Source: a virus | IMG/VR virus record: IMGVR_UViG_3300045988_096734 | Location: 1-40,778 of that record | Strand: one strand, 5' to 3' | DNA length: 40,778 nt | Shown here: piece after piece, positions 14,984 through 22,168 of the stretch | Numbering within the stretch: position 1 is the stretch's first letter | How the letters are laid out: each line of letters begins with the position of its first letter | The notes under the pieces: generated by a model | Databases searched by the model: none | What the model saw: the letters and a program-made list of their open reading frames with translations, nothing else | Told to the model about the DNA's origin: nothing | Position numbers and translations under genes: made by a program

Positions 14984-15557
14984 CTTTGCTCAACTCCAAG
15001 AATTTCTCAAATTTGTCCATAGCTTTCAACTGATTGACTGTCGGCGGGTCGTTTTTGGCAGAAACATTCAGATGCTTTTCAAACAGTTTTGCCACATCTC
15101 GGCTTGCATTTTTCATGCCTTGTTCAACTCCCTGCCTGTATGTTTTCCCAGGTCTGTAATCATCAATCTGCTTTTTACCGGATCCTTGCCCGCCGGCTGT
15201 TTTGTTGCGAAGTTGATACCCTCCAAGAGCATATTTTTTGATGTAATACTGCTCTTTTTCGTCCAATAGTTCCTCCGGGAAGTTCAAAAAATTAACATTC
15301 CACCCGCACATATTGCTGTTGGAAATAAGACCATGCTTTTTTAAACTCAGATCAATGTGCTGATAACCCGTCATGTGCTGAGCCAACCGAGAGAGGATGT
15401 GCTTTGCCTGTCCGATGTAAGCGTATTTGATACCTTGTTCATCCTCTCTTGTCATAAAGTAGATACCGCTCTGCTCATTCAACTTTGGATTGATAAATAG
15501 GAGCCTTTGCTTAATCTCCCGTTCCATCCTTTTAATTTCTGCAATGCTCTTTTCCAT
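14964..15557 (-). CDS. GIY-YIG nuclease domain protein (free-standing, homing-endonuclease-like)
   Basis: 197 aa, containing SGIYFMTREDEQGIKYAYIGQAKHILSRLAQH. Confidence 0.7.
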   Translation of the reverse strand: MEKSIAEIKRMEREIKQRLLFINPKLNEQSGIYFMTREDEQGIKYAYIGQAKHILSRLAQHMTGYQHIDLSLKKHGLISNSNMCGWNVNFLNFPEELLDEKEQYYIKKYALGGYQLRNKTAGGQGSGKKQIDDYRPGKTYRQGVEQGMKNASRDVAKLFEKHLNVSAKNDPPTVNQLKAMDKFEKFLELSKDDSGRN

Positions 15558-15562
15558 AGGCT

Positions 15563-16159
15563 TTAATTAAACGGTAATTCTTCATCAATGCCGTCAGGAA
15601 TATTCATAAATCCATCAGATCCGGGGGCTGTATTCTTCGGTCTTTCCTTGTATGCTTTGGTTTCTGACAGATCTGGGATCACTGCATCCGCAACCTTGTC
15701 CATTGAGCAGAACCACCGAAGGACACGCTTTTTCTTTTCCTCACCGTTGTAAAAATCCATCTGCTCGCCAAATACACCGCCGATCTTTTTCCCTTTGATT
15801 CCAGCAAAATCAAACTGATCATTCTTCCAACAAGTGAATCCGGTGTTGGAGTTTTCTACGCAAGTACAGAACGTTTTGAAACTACGGGAGCACTTTCCGT
15901 CCTGATCTTCCGTCAGAATGTACTGCGTGCCCTGATTAGACCACTTTTTATCCGGTCGGCTGTCATTCTGAAAAGAATCCATGAAGTAGTTCGGCTGCTT
16001 ATCATCCGGTGCAAAATCAAACAGCACTACGATCATATGCTTTCCGTTTTGAGACTGCTTCTCACTTACCTGCTTGATAACCATCTTATGTCCACCCAAC
16101 TCCACCGGTGTCCATTCTTCCTGTGCCTGTGTTTCCTCGTAATTATTCGGTTTTTGCAT
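15563..16159 (-). CDS. DUF669-like phage protein (single-strand-DNA-binding-like role proposed for this family)
   Basis: 198 aa with an acidic C-terminal tail ending DGIDEELPFN, which is typical of SSB-like partner-binding tips. Its position between the ATPase and the primase is typical. Confidence 0.55.
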   Translation of the reverse strand: MQKPNNYEETQAQEEWTPVELGGHKMVIKQVSEKQSQNGKHMIVVLFDFAPDDKQPNYFMDSFQNDSRPDKKWSNQGTQYILTEDQDGKCSRSFKTFCTCVENSNTGFTCWKNDQFDFAGIKGKKIGGVFGEQMDFYNGEEKKKRVLRWFCSMDKVADAVIPDLSETKAYKERPKNTAPGSDGFMNIPDGIDEELPFN

Positions 16160-16358
16160 TTTTATCCTCGCTTTCTTTGTCTAAATCTTCGCTTCTTTTG
16201 TCTAAAAATTCCCTGTTACTTTTTGCTTTCCATTTGTAATAACTGCATTTTTCGATTGTGTCAGTAATTGCTATGACAACGGTCAGAAGAAAAATAAAAA
16301 TCAGAATAAACAACAAAAATTCCAAATTTAATACCTCCTTAAATCTCGTAATATTCAC
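16143..16358 (-). CDS. Small membrane protein
   Basis: 71 aa, with TM segment FLLFILIFIFLLTVVIAI. Confidence 0.6.
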   Translation of the reverse strand: MNITRFKEVLNLEFLLFILIFIFLLTVVIAITDTIEKCSYYKWKAKSNREFLDKRSEDLDKESEDKNAKTE

Positions 16359-16965
16359 GGATAGCCTTTTCCACCAACAACAGATCGTTGTCGATGGTCA
16401 GTTCATCAAACATTCCCATAGGAGACTTGCTGATTGCTCCGTCTGCTGACTGGGTGACGAATAAATGCTTTCCAGATTCCTCAATACACCGAAGGACGAT
16501 AGTAAACATACCCTCGATACATACTTTTTCATCCAAAATCTTGCCGATTGTTTTTGCCTTGATCTGTCCGAAGTCGTTCTGCTCCTCGTGCATCATTATG
16601 TACACGATTTTTTCCTCCGGCAGCTTGTCGGTGATAAATGTGATTAGATTCCAGAAGGAATCACCGATCTTGTTATAAAATGAAAAGATTGCGTTTCCTG
16701 CTCCCTGGCTCGCATGACCATTCATAAACTGGTTGGTAATCAGATACCCTGCATCATCCAACACGATGTTTTTTGCTTTGGCAGAATAAAGGCACTTCAT
16801 GACGGTTTGGTAATCGTCCGTCTTCCAACCGTTAATTTTCCCTTTAAAGGGCAACGGCTTATTTAATACTCTGATGACATTCCAGTCATCGTTTCCAGAG
16901 CAATTTCTCATGCTTGTGCTCTTTCCTGCTCCAGATTTACCTATAATTAATACCGGTGTTGCCAT
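16339..16965 (-). CDS. P-loop ATPase (Sak4/AAA_24-like position in the replication-recombination module)
   Basis: 208 aa. Walker A is IIGKSGAGKST at the N-terminus, and IVLDDAG is Walker B-like. Confidence 0.7.
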   Translation of the reverse strand: MATPVLIIGKSGAGKSTSMRNCSGNDDWNVIRVLNKPLPFKGKINGWKTDDYQTVMKCLYSAKAKNIVLDDAGYLITNQFMNGHASQGAGNAIFSFYNKIGDSFWNLITFITDKLPEEKIVYIMMHEEQNDFGQIKAKTIGKILDEKVCIEGMFTIVLRCIEESGKHLFVTQSADGAISKSPMGMFDELTIDNDLLLVEKAIREYYEI

Positions 16966-16967
16966 GA

Positions 16968-17213
16968 TTAATTCCTCCCATCTTCCTGTAAATCAAAATT
17001 TCCCTGCGGCACATCTTCCATCGGAAGTCCACAGAACGGATCGTAGTTGTCATCCGCGTTCAAAATAAATTGAATCTCGTCAATTAACATCTCGTTTACA
17101 TCATCCTCATGCTTCATTTTCAAGCATCTCTGCCAGAGTAAATCCATGCGGATTTTACTTTCCAGCAACTGTTTGTACTCTGCTGTGGTAATGGTCATTC
17201 TTTCTTTTTCCAT
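16968..17213 (-). CDS. Hypothetical protein (81 aa)
   Basis: ATG 17213 follows a TAGGAG RBS (MEKERMTITTAEYKQLL...). The 145-aa track version overlaps the upstream gene out of frame. Confidence 0.6.
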   Translation of the reverse strand: MEKERMTITTAEYKQLLESKIRMDLLWQRCLKMKHEDDVNEMLIDEIQFILNADDNYDPFCGLPMEDVPQGNFDLQEDGRN

Positions 17214-17223
17214 ATTCTTTCTC

Positions 17224-17418
17224 CTATTCTGCTGTCTGACGGAAGTTCTCTCGAACATATTCCCATCCGCAACTGTCGCAAACGATATCACCGTTGAAAT
17301 TGTAAAAATCATCACCAGAATAAATATTGCTCGAACATATCTGACATTGATGGACAGGTTTTCCGGCACATTCCCATTCAGAATCCACAACCATGCGGTT
17401 CTCAATTCTTTCCGGCAT
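17224..17418 (-). CDS. Small zinc-ribbon protein
   Basis: Contains CQICSSNIYSGDDFYNFNGDIVCDSCGWEY. Confidence 0.65.
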   Translation of the reverse strand: MPERIENRMVVDSEWECAGKPVHQCQICSSNIYSGDDFYNFNGDIVCDSCGWEYVRENFRQTAE

Positions 17419-17590
17419 CCTTATCACCGTCCTCTTTTTTTATTCCGAGGATTGCCTTAAGTCCATCGGATGCAAAGGCATCACCACTATTTAACATCTG
17501 CCTGGCAGATATAAGAATCCGCAATGCCTGTATTCCACAGATAAAGTCATCGTAAGGAACAGCGATCAAAACTTCTTCCTTTTTTCCCAT
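17402..17590 (-). CDS. Hypothetical protein (62 aa)
   Basis: ATG 17590 follows a GGAGGTGG RBS (MGKKEEVLIAVPYDD...). Confidence 0.6.
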   Translation of the reverse strand: MGKKEEVLIAVPYDDFICGIQALRILISARQMLNSGDAFASDGLKAILGIKKEDGDKDAGKN

Positions 17591-17591
17591 G

Positions 17592-17708
17592 TCAGTCCAC
17601 CTCCGCACACTTCAGACCGTCCTCGGTCACTACCAGTACTCCTGCTTCAATCAGAGCATTGATGGTGCTCTCGCTTGCTCTCTCGATAGGTATAATCTGC
17701 TTTTTCAT
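17592..17708 (-). CDS. Possible small protein (38 aa)
   Basis: My translation reads MKKQIIPIERASESTINALIEAGVLVVTEDGLKCAEVD. GGAGGGAAG RBS, and ATGA overlap with the upstream ORF. Confidence 0.45.
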   Translation of the reverse strand: MKKQIIPIERASESTINALIEAGVLVVTEDGLKCAEVD

Positions 17709-17830
17709 TCTTTCTTCCCTCCTTTTCTCGTGATTGTAATCTTCGGGTTCTTCATGCCAATCTGGTCGGCATATAACTCTGCCAGAATGCGCATTGCTCT
17801 GTCAGCTTGTTCCTCAGTCATTGCAGACAT
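17705..17830 (-). CDS. Possible small protein (41 aa)
   Basis: My translation reads MSAMTEEQADRAMRILAELYADQIGMKNPKITITRKGGKKE. AGGAGG lies 6 nt upstream of ATG 17830. Confidence 0.5.
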   Translation of the reverse strand: MSAMTEEQADRAMRILAELYADQIGMKNPKITITRKGGKKE

Positions 17831-17840
17831 CCGCATCCTC

Positions 17841-18047
17841 CTATTCTTTCAAAAAATACTCTGCTTTTACCTTAAAATACTTAGCTAACACGACAGCATT
17901 TTTTAATGTCGGTTCAGCATCAGGTCTGTTCTGCCAGTTACTCACAACGTTCTGTGCAATACCTGTGTCTTTGCACATCTTGTAAATCGAAACTCCTTTT
18001 TGTTTGCATAATTCATTGATTTTTTCATACAAACACAATATATACAC
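17841..18047 (-). CDS. Cro-like XRE-family HTH regulator (first gene of the early leftward operon)
   Basis: Contains LCKQKGVSIYKMCKDTGIAQNVVSNWQNR, an HTH. The true start may be TTG 18038 or 18032 (MYEKINELCK...), because GTG 18047 abuts the AGGAGG RBS. Confidence 0.75.
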   Translation of the reverse strand: MYILCLYEKINELCKQKGVSIYKMCKDTGIAQNVVSNWQNRPDAEPTLKNAVVLAKYFKVKAEYFLKE

Positions 18048-18076
18048 ACCTCCTATCTATATATAGTGGTTGCATA

Positions 18077-18254
18077 TACTTCACTTTTGTGATATTCTTT
18101 AGTTGTCACACAAAAGAAAGGACACATCTATGAAGTACTTGCAATTAGTAAAACAAGTTGCTTTTAATTTGTGAAGCACTTTACTTGTTTATAATACTTT
18201 ATATTTGTGAAGTAGTCAATACAAGATTGTGAAGTATTTTATATTTGTGAAGTA
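18077..18254. promoter_or_regulatory. Lysis-lysogeny switch region with repeated operator motif (T)TGTGAAGTA
   Basis: GTGAAGTA at 18207, 18229 and 18247, GTGAAGCA at 18171, ATGAAGTA at 18130, and an inverted TACTTCAC at 18077-18084. A 17-bp perfect direct repeat TTTATATTTGTGAAGTA sits at 18198-18214 and 18238-18254. TATAAT at 18190-18195. Confidence 0.7.
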
Positions 18255-18264
18255 TTGCTAATTT

Positions 18265-18603
18265 ATGTATGAGATTTTTGTGCAATTATGCAAATCAAAA
18301 GGGATAACTACATACAAAGTATGCAAAGATTTAGGCATAAGTCAGGGTACTATCAGTAATTGGAAAAACAGAGGGAATAATTTGTCCACTGCTATTTTGA
18401 AAAAGATTGCCGATTATTTTGAGGTATCTATCGAATATCTTATAAATGGCGAAGATGTAAAATGGGATCCCGCAGGACAGACGATGGATTACACTATTTC
18501 TCTATCCGAAGAAGAGCAGGATTTGCTAATGAAATACCGCAAAGCAGATGATACCCAAAAAGAAATGATTAGGCGAATATTAGCCTATTCAGATAAAATG
18601 TAA
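18265..18603 (+). CDS. CI-like XRE-family HTH repressor (no S24 peptidase domain)
   Basis: 112 aa. MYEIFVQLCKSKGITTYKVCKDLGISQGTISNWKNRGNN. It is divergent from the Cro-like gene, and no obvious RBS precedes the ATG. Confidence 0.75.
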   Translation: MYEIFVQLCKSKGITTYKVCKDLGISQGTISNWKNRGNNLSTAILKKIADYFEVSIEYLINGEDVKWDPAGQTMDYTISLSEEEQDLLMKYRKADDTQKEMIRRILAYSDKM

Positions 18604-18620
18604 AAAGGAGAAAAACTATT

Positions 18621-19193
18621 ATGGAAGAAACAAAGAAATGTAAATACTGTCAATCAGACATTCCGAAGAAAGCTACGGTTTGTCCAGTATGCAAGAGGAA
18701 ACAATCAAGTACACTTAAAGTAGTTTTGATTTGTCTTGCTGTGTTTTTTGCGATTGGAATTGTTGGCTCTTTATCAGATGATTCCTCTGACAGTTCATCG
18801 AGTTCTACCACAACGCAAAAGCAGAGCACATCTGCATCCACGAAAGAAACTACTGTGCAACAAGAAGAAGTAATTGAATATACCGCAATTACGGTGGAAC
18901 AGCTTGACAACGATTTGAAAGACAATGCTTTGAAAGCAACCGATTCTTACAAAGGAAAATATTTAGAAATTACTGGCAGACTTTCAAATATTGATTCAAG
19001 CGGAAAGTATATCAGTCTATCGAATGACGAATTTTTAGATGTTTACGGTGTGCAGTGTTATGTAAAATCAGATGAGCAAAAACAGAAAGTCATGGACATG
19101 AAAATAGATGAGCATTACACTATCCGAGTAAAAATTAAAGATGTCGGAGAAGTTATGGGATATTCTGCTGATATAATTGAATTTGTAGACTAA
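18621..19193 (+). CDS. Zinc-ribbon / single-TM / Ser-Thr linker / OB-fold (tRNA_anti-like) surface protein, a candidate superinfection-exclusion factor
   Basis: 190 aa. Contains CKYCQSDIPKKATVCPVCKRK, TM segment VVLICLAVFFAIGIVGSL, an SSDSSSSSTTTQKQSTSAS linker, and YKGKYLEITGRLSNIDSSGKYISL. Confidence 0.65.
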   Translation: MEETKKCKYCQSDIPKKATVCPVCKRKQSSTLKVVLICLAVFFAIGIVGSLSDDSSDSSSSSTTTQKQSTSASTKETTVQQEEVIEYTAITVEQLDNDLKDNALKATDSYKGKYLEITGRLSNIDSSGKYISLSNDEFLDVYGVQCYVKSDEQKQKVMDMKIDEHYTIRVKIKDVGEVMGYSADIIEFVD

Positions 19194-19241
19194 AGATTAA
19201 GCCACTTTTATAGTGGCTTTTTCTGTCAGAAAGGAACATTA

Positions 19242-20594
19242 ATGATTAACTGTGCAATCTACCCACGTAAATCCAAAGCCGTGGACAACTCCGACAGCAT
19301 GGATGTGCAAATTGATATGTGCCGCCGGTACCTGGATGACAAGTACGGCTCCGGGAATTACACTGCCAAGGTTTATGATGGAGACTACGGGATCACAGGA
19401 CACTCCACCAAAAAGAGAAAAGACTTTCAGCGAATGATGCGGGATGTGTCTGATAGAAAAATTCAGCTTGTTGTCATTCAGCGGTATGACCGTATCGCAC
19501 GTAATACCCGAGATTTCTGCAACCTATATCACGACATGGAAATCAACGGTTGCAACCTTGTCTCCGTCAGTCAGCAAATCGACACCACTACACCCTATGG
19601 AAAGAACTTCATGTATATGCAGGCATCAATGGCAGAGTTGGAATGGGCATTAAACTCTGAGAGGAGAAAAGATACCATCCGGTATGCAGCATCTATCGGG
19701 AAGTCTATACTACCGGATCACTCTACACCGTTTGGATACCACAACGCTGTCGTGAATGGAGTGCGCAGACTGGTAAAGGAAGAACAATGGGAAGATGCTG
19801 TTGCGGATCTGTTTGAATACTATCGAAAATATCGAAACTACTCTGCCACCGCCCGGCATATCAACCAACAGTACGGTACAAGATTTGAGATTCAGGCTAT
19901 CAAGCGTATAATCCGCAGCCCTTTTTATTATGGATGTTACAAGGATAATGATAATTTCTGCGAGCCATACATATCTAAAGATGACTGGCAGGATCTCCAA
20001 CAAAAGAGACCAGTTATACGCACTGCAGGAAACAAGCGGACCGAGGTATTATTCTCCGGTATGATCCGGTGCCCGGAGTGCAATCGGCTGATGCGGTCCT
20101 GTCAGAAGAGCCACCGAAGCGGTAATGTGTACCGGTATTATCACTGCGAATACCACTCAGCCAGAATGTGTGGATTTTCCAAGGTGAAATCCGAGAATCT
20201 TATCGAGGAGATGCTGCTGAACCGGGTCGATACCTTTTTGGCAGAACGTGAAGCAGCTATGTCGGATCAGAAATCTGAGAAAAAACACTCCACCAACAAT
20301 GCCACAAAATACCGGGAAGAACTGGACAGGCTCAACACAATGTTCCTAAAGGGCAGAATAAGCGAGGAATACTATGACACGGAGTATTTAAGGATCAATG
20401 ATTTAATAGGGCAATATGGGGATTCTAGGCGGTCTCATGACAGCATTAAGCACTTGCGAGATGTGTTTGTGTCAGACTGGAAAGAAATGTACAAGGATCT
20501 CGATAAACTGCACCGAAAATTCTTTTGGCGGGACGTGATCCGGCAGATAATCGTTGATGATAACATGAATGTGATTGATGTTATTTTTTTATAA
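19242..20594 (+). CDS. int: Large serine recombinase (integrase)
   Basis: 450 aa. The N-terminal resolvase-type domain has AIYPRKS...VVIQRYDRIARN. The recombinase domain has the zinc ribbon CPECNRLMRSC...YYHCEYH and a C-terminal coiled-coil-like region. Confidence 0.85.
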   Translation: MINCAIYPRKSKAVDNSDSMDVQIDMCRRYLDDKYGSGNYTAKVYDGDYGITGHSTKKRKDFQRMMRDVSDRKIQLVVIQRYDRIARNTRDFCNLYHDMEINGCNLVSVSQQIDTTTPYGKNFMYMQASMAELEWALNSERRKDTIRYAASIGKSILPDHSTPFGYHNAVVNGVRRLVKEEQWEDAVADLFEYYRKYRNYSATARHINQQYGTRFEIQAIKRIIRSPFYYGCYKDNDNFCEPYISKDDWQDLQQKRPVIRTAGNKRTEVLFSGMIRCPECNRLMRSCQKSHRSGNVYRYYHCEYHSARMCGFSKVKSENLIEEMLLNRVDTFLAEREAAMSDQKSEKKHSTNNATKYREELDRLNTMFLKGRISEEYYDTEYLRINDLIGQYGDSRRSHDSIKHLRDVFVSDWKEMYKDLDKLHRKFFWRDVIRQIIVDDNMNVIDVIFL

Positions 20595-20620
20595 CGCTTT
20601 TGGTTACCTTATATGATGGT

Positions 20621-20634
20621 TGCTTGAGCAAGCA
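20621..20634. other. Candidate attP core (dyad TGCTTG-AG-CAAGCA)
   Basis: A perfect 6-bp dyad around a central AG dinucleotide lies 27 nt after the integrase stop. No host flank is available to confirm it. Confidence 0.25.
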
Positions 20635-20654
20635 TCAATTAAAGTAGTACATAA

Positions 20655-20687
20655 AATCCCCCGCCGGATCTGATCCGATGGGGGATT
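20655..20687. terminator. Bidirectional terminator between integrase and endolysin
   Basis: AATCCCCC...GGGGGATT long hairpin with an inner CGGATC/GATCCG pairing. T-runs follow on both strands. Confidence 0.7.
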
Positions 20688-20692
20688 GATTT

Positions 20693-21460
20693 TTATGCTG
20701 CCAGGTACTTTCTTGTGGTCTTACCCGCCAGTCCGTCTGCAGTAATCTTGCAAGACTGCTGATATTTAATGATAGCTGCTACGGTCTTCCGACCACAGAT
20801 ACCGTCGATATCATCTTCTGTCAGCAATCCGGCTTCCATGAGTTCCCACTGAATCCACTTGACACCCTCACCCGCGGAAATAAATACCTTGATATTCTTC
20901 TTCCTTGCCTGTGCCTTACTGGTTACCGTCATGGTAGGCTCTGTGTAAGGGTTGGTTCCCTTCCAGGTTCCCGGTACCTTTACATCGTAGGTGTAATCCA
21001 TATTCTTAAAAGTCAAGCCATATACCCATTTTGTCGCGGATACCTTGCTCATGACTGTACCATAGTTAATGCCCTTTGCTTCAATACACATAGGGACGCC
21101 ATTAACCTTGCCGATATAAACACCTACGTGTCCGGATTTCCACAGGACAGTTCCTACTGCAAAATCATTAATCTTTGCAATCGGCATCCTGGTGTATGCG
21201 GTCTGATAGAGTTGGTAGGAGCCGATGTTAAGCTGTCGGTAACCGGCAATCAGTCCAGAGCAGTCCACATTAACCTTGCCGACCTGCCCCTTTCGCCGTG
21301 CTTTTGCCATGTAGAAGGTGGTCACGACCTTGGGATACATAGTGTGCATGGTGCTCATCTTGCGTTCCGTCAACGCACCCTCATGGATTTTGGCTCCGTA
21401 AAAATATGGAGTGCCAAGACGTTTTTTTGCGTATGTAACTAATTCGTTTCCTGTTTTCAT
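20693..21460 (-). CDS. Endolysin: NlpC/P60 endopeptidase plus a C-terminal PG_binding_1-like domain
   Basis: 255 aa. NVDCSGLIAGY (catalytic Cys) ... GHVGVYIG (His). The C-terminus has VKWIQWELMEAGL...DGICGRKTVAAIIKYQQ...ADGLAGKTT. Confidence 0.85.
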   Translation of the reverse strand: MKTGNELVTYAKKRLGTPYFYGAKIHEGALTERKMSTMHTMYPKVVTTFYMAKARRKGQVGKVNVDCSGLIAGYRQLNIGSYQLYQTAYTRMPIAKINDFAVGTVLWKSGHVGVYIGKVNGVPMCIEAKGINYGTVMSKVSATKWVYGLTFKNMDYTYDVKVPGTWKGTNPYTEPTMTVTSKAQARKKNIKVFISAGEGVKWIQWELMEAGLLTEDDIDGICGRKTVAAIIKYQQSCKITADGLAGKTTRKYLAA

Positions 21461-21520
21461 TTTATTTTCCTTTCTGTATTTTTTAATAATTGTTATGTTT
21501 TTAATCTCCGCCCATCTGCT

Positions 21521-21817
21521 ATGACTGCTTCTGTAAATGGCAAGTTACCACAATTAAAAGTACTTAAAATACCGTTAGGCGTAAAAACTACACTAAACCC
21601 TGGAATTTTTTCGCTATTATTTCCAACAAAAAAAGAAGGTTATACTCCAATAGCCATTAAATCATTGGCTTTGTTTAACAGAGACGGGGCTGATAATATA
21701 CATATTAATGGTGTTGTAACAGATCAGAATGTGTCAATAGAGGGTAAAATATCTGGATCAAATCAGATAATTATACCGTCCGATGCTTTTGTCGAAGTAT
21801 TATATTTAGTCAATTAA
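21521..21817 (+). other. Promoterless, RBS-less alternative tail-fibre C-terminal cassette (currently in the silent orientation)
   Basis: The ORF reads MTASVNGKL|PQLKVLKIPLGVKTTLNPGIFSLLF.... It is convergent with the fibre gene, and the two stops are 2 bp apart. It shares the in-frame 16-bp repeat encoding VNGKL with the fibre gene. Confidence 0.7.
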
Positions 21818-22168
21818 ATTTATAAATAAGGTTTTAAACAAATTGCGGCAAGAGTTCCTCTATAGGTGAGATCGGATGTTACATTAACAAAGTCATAAGT
21901 GGATAAATTGACAGTGGTAGTTGTATCTATCCCTCTTAAAATTACGTTTATACTTCCACCACCGCCAATCATTGATTCTCTAACAGTTTGATCGAAAAGG
22001 GTATTATTGTATATAAAATCAGATGATATATTGCCATCAATATATCCAATTATTAACCACAAACCAGGAGTTAACGTTATACTACATACTGTTACATTTT
22101 TATTTAATTTTTGGTTTTTATATTGACCTGTTTTTTGTTCTATATTCATTTCTAACTTGCCATTTACA
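21532..22168. mobile_element. Putative invertible DNA segment (G-segment-like) bounded by 16-bp perfect inverted repeats
   Basis: TGTAAATGGCAAGTTA at 21532-21547, and its exact reverse complement TAACTTGCCATTTACA at 22153-22168. The flanks are unrelated and both copies are in frame. Confidence 0.65.

Noticed and set aside
16968-17405. The 145-aa version of this ORF with a hydrophobic N-terminus
   Set aside because: Its upstream 64 codons overlap the zinc-ribbon gene 17224..17418 in another frame. An internal ATG at 17213 has a proper RBS, so the long form is probably an artefact.
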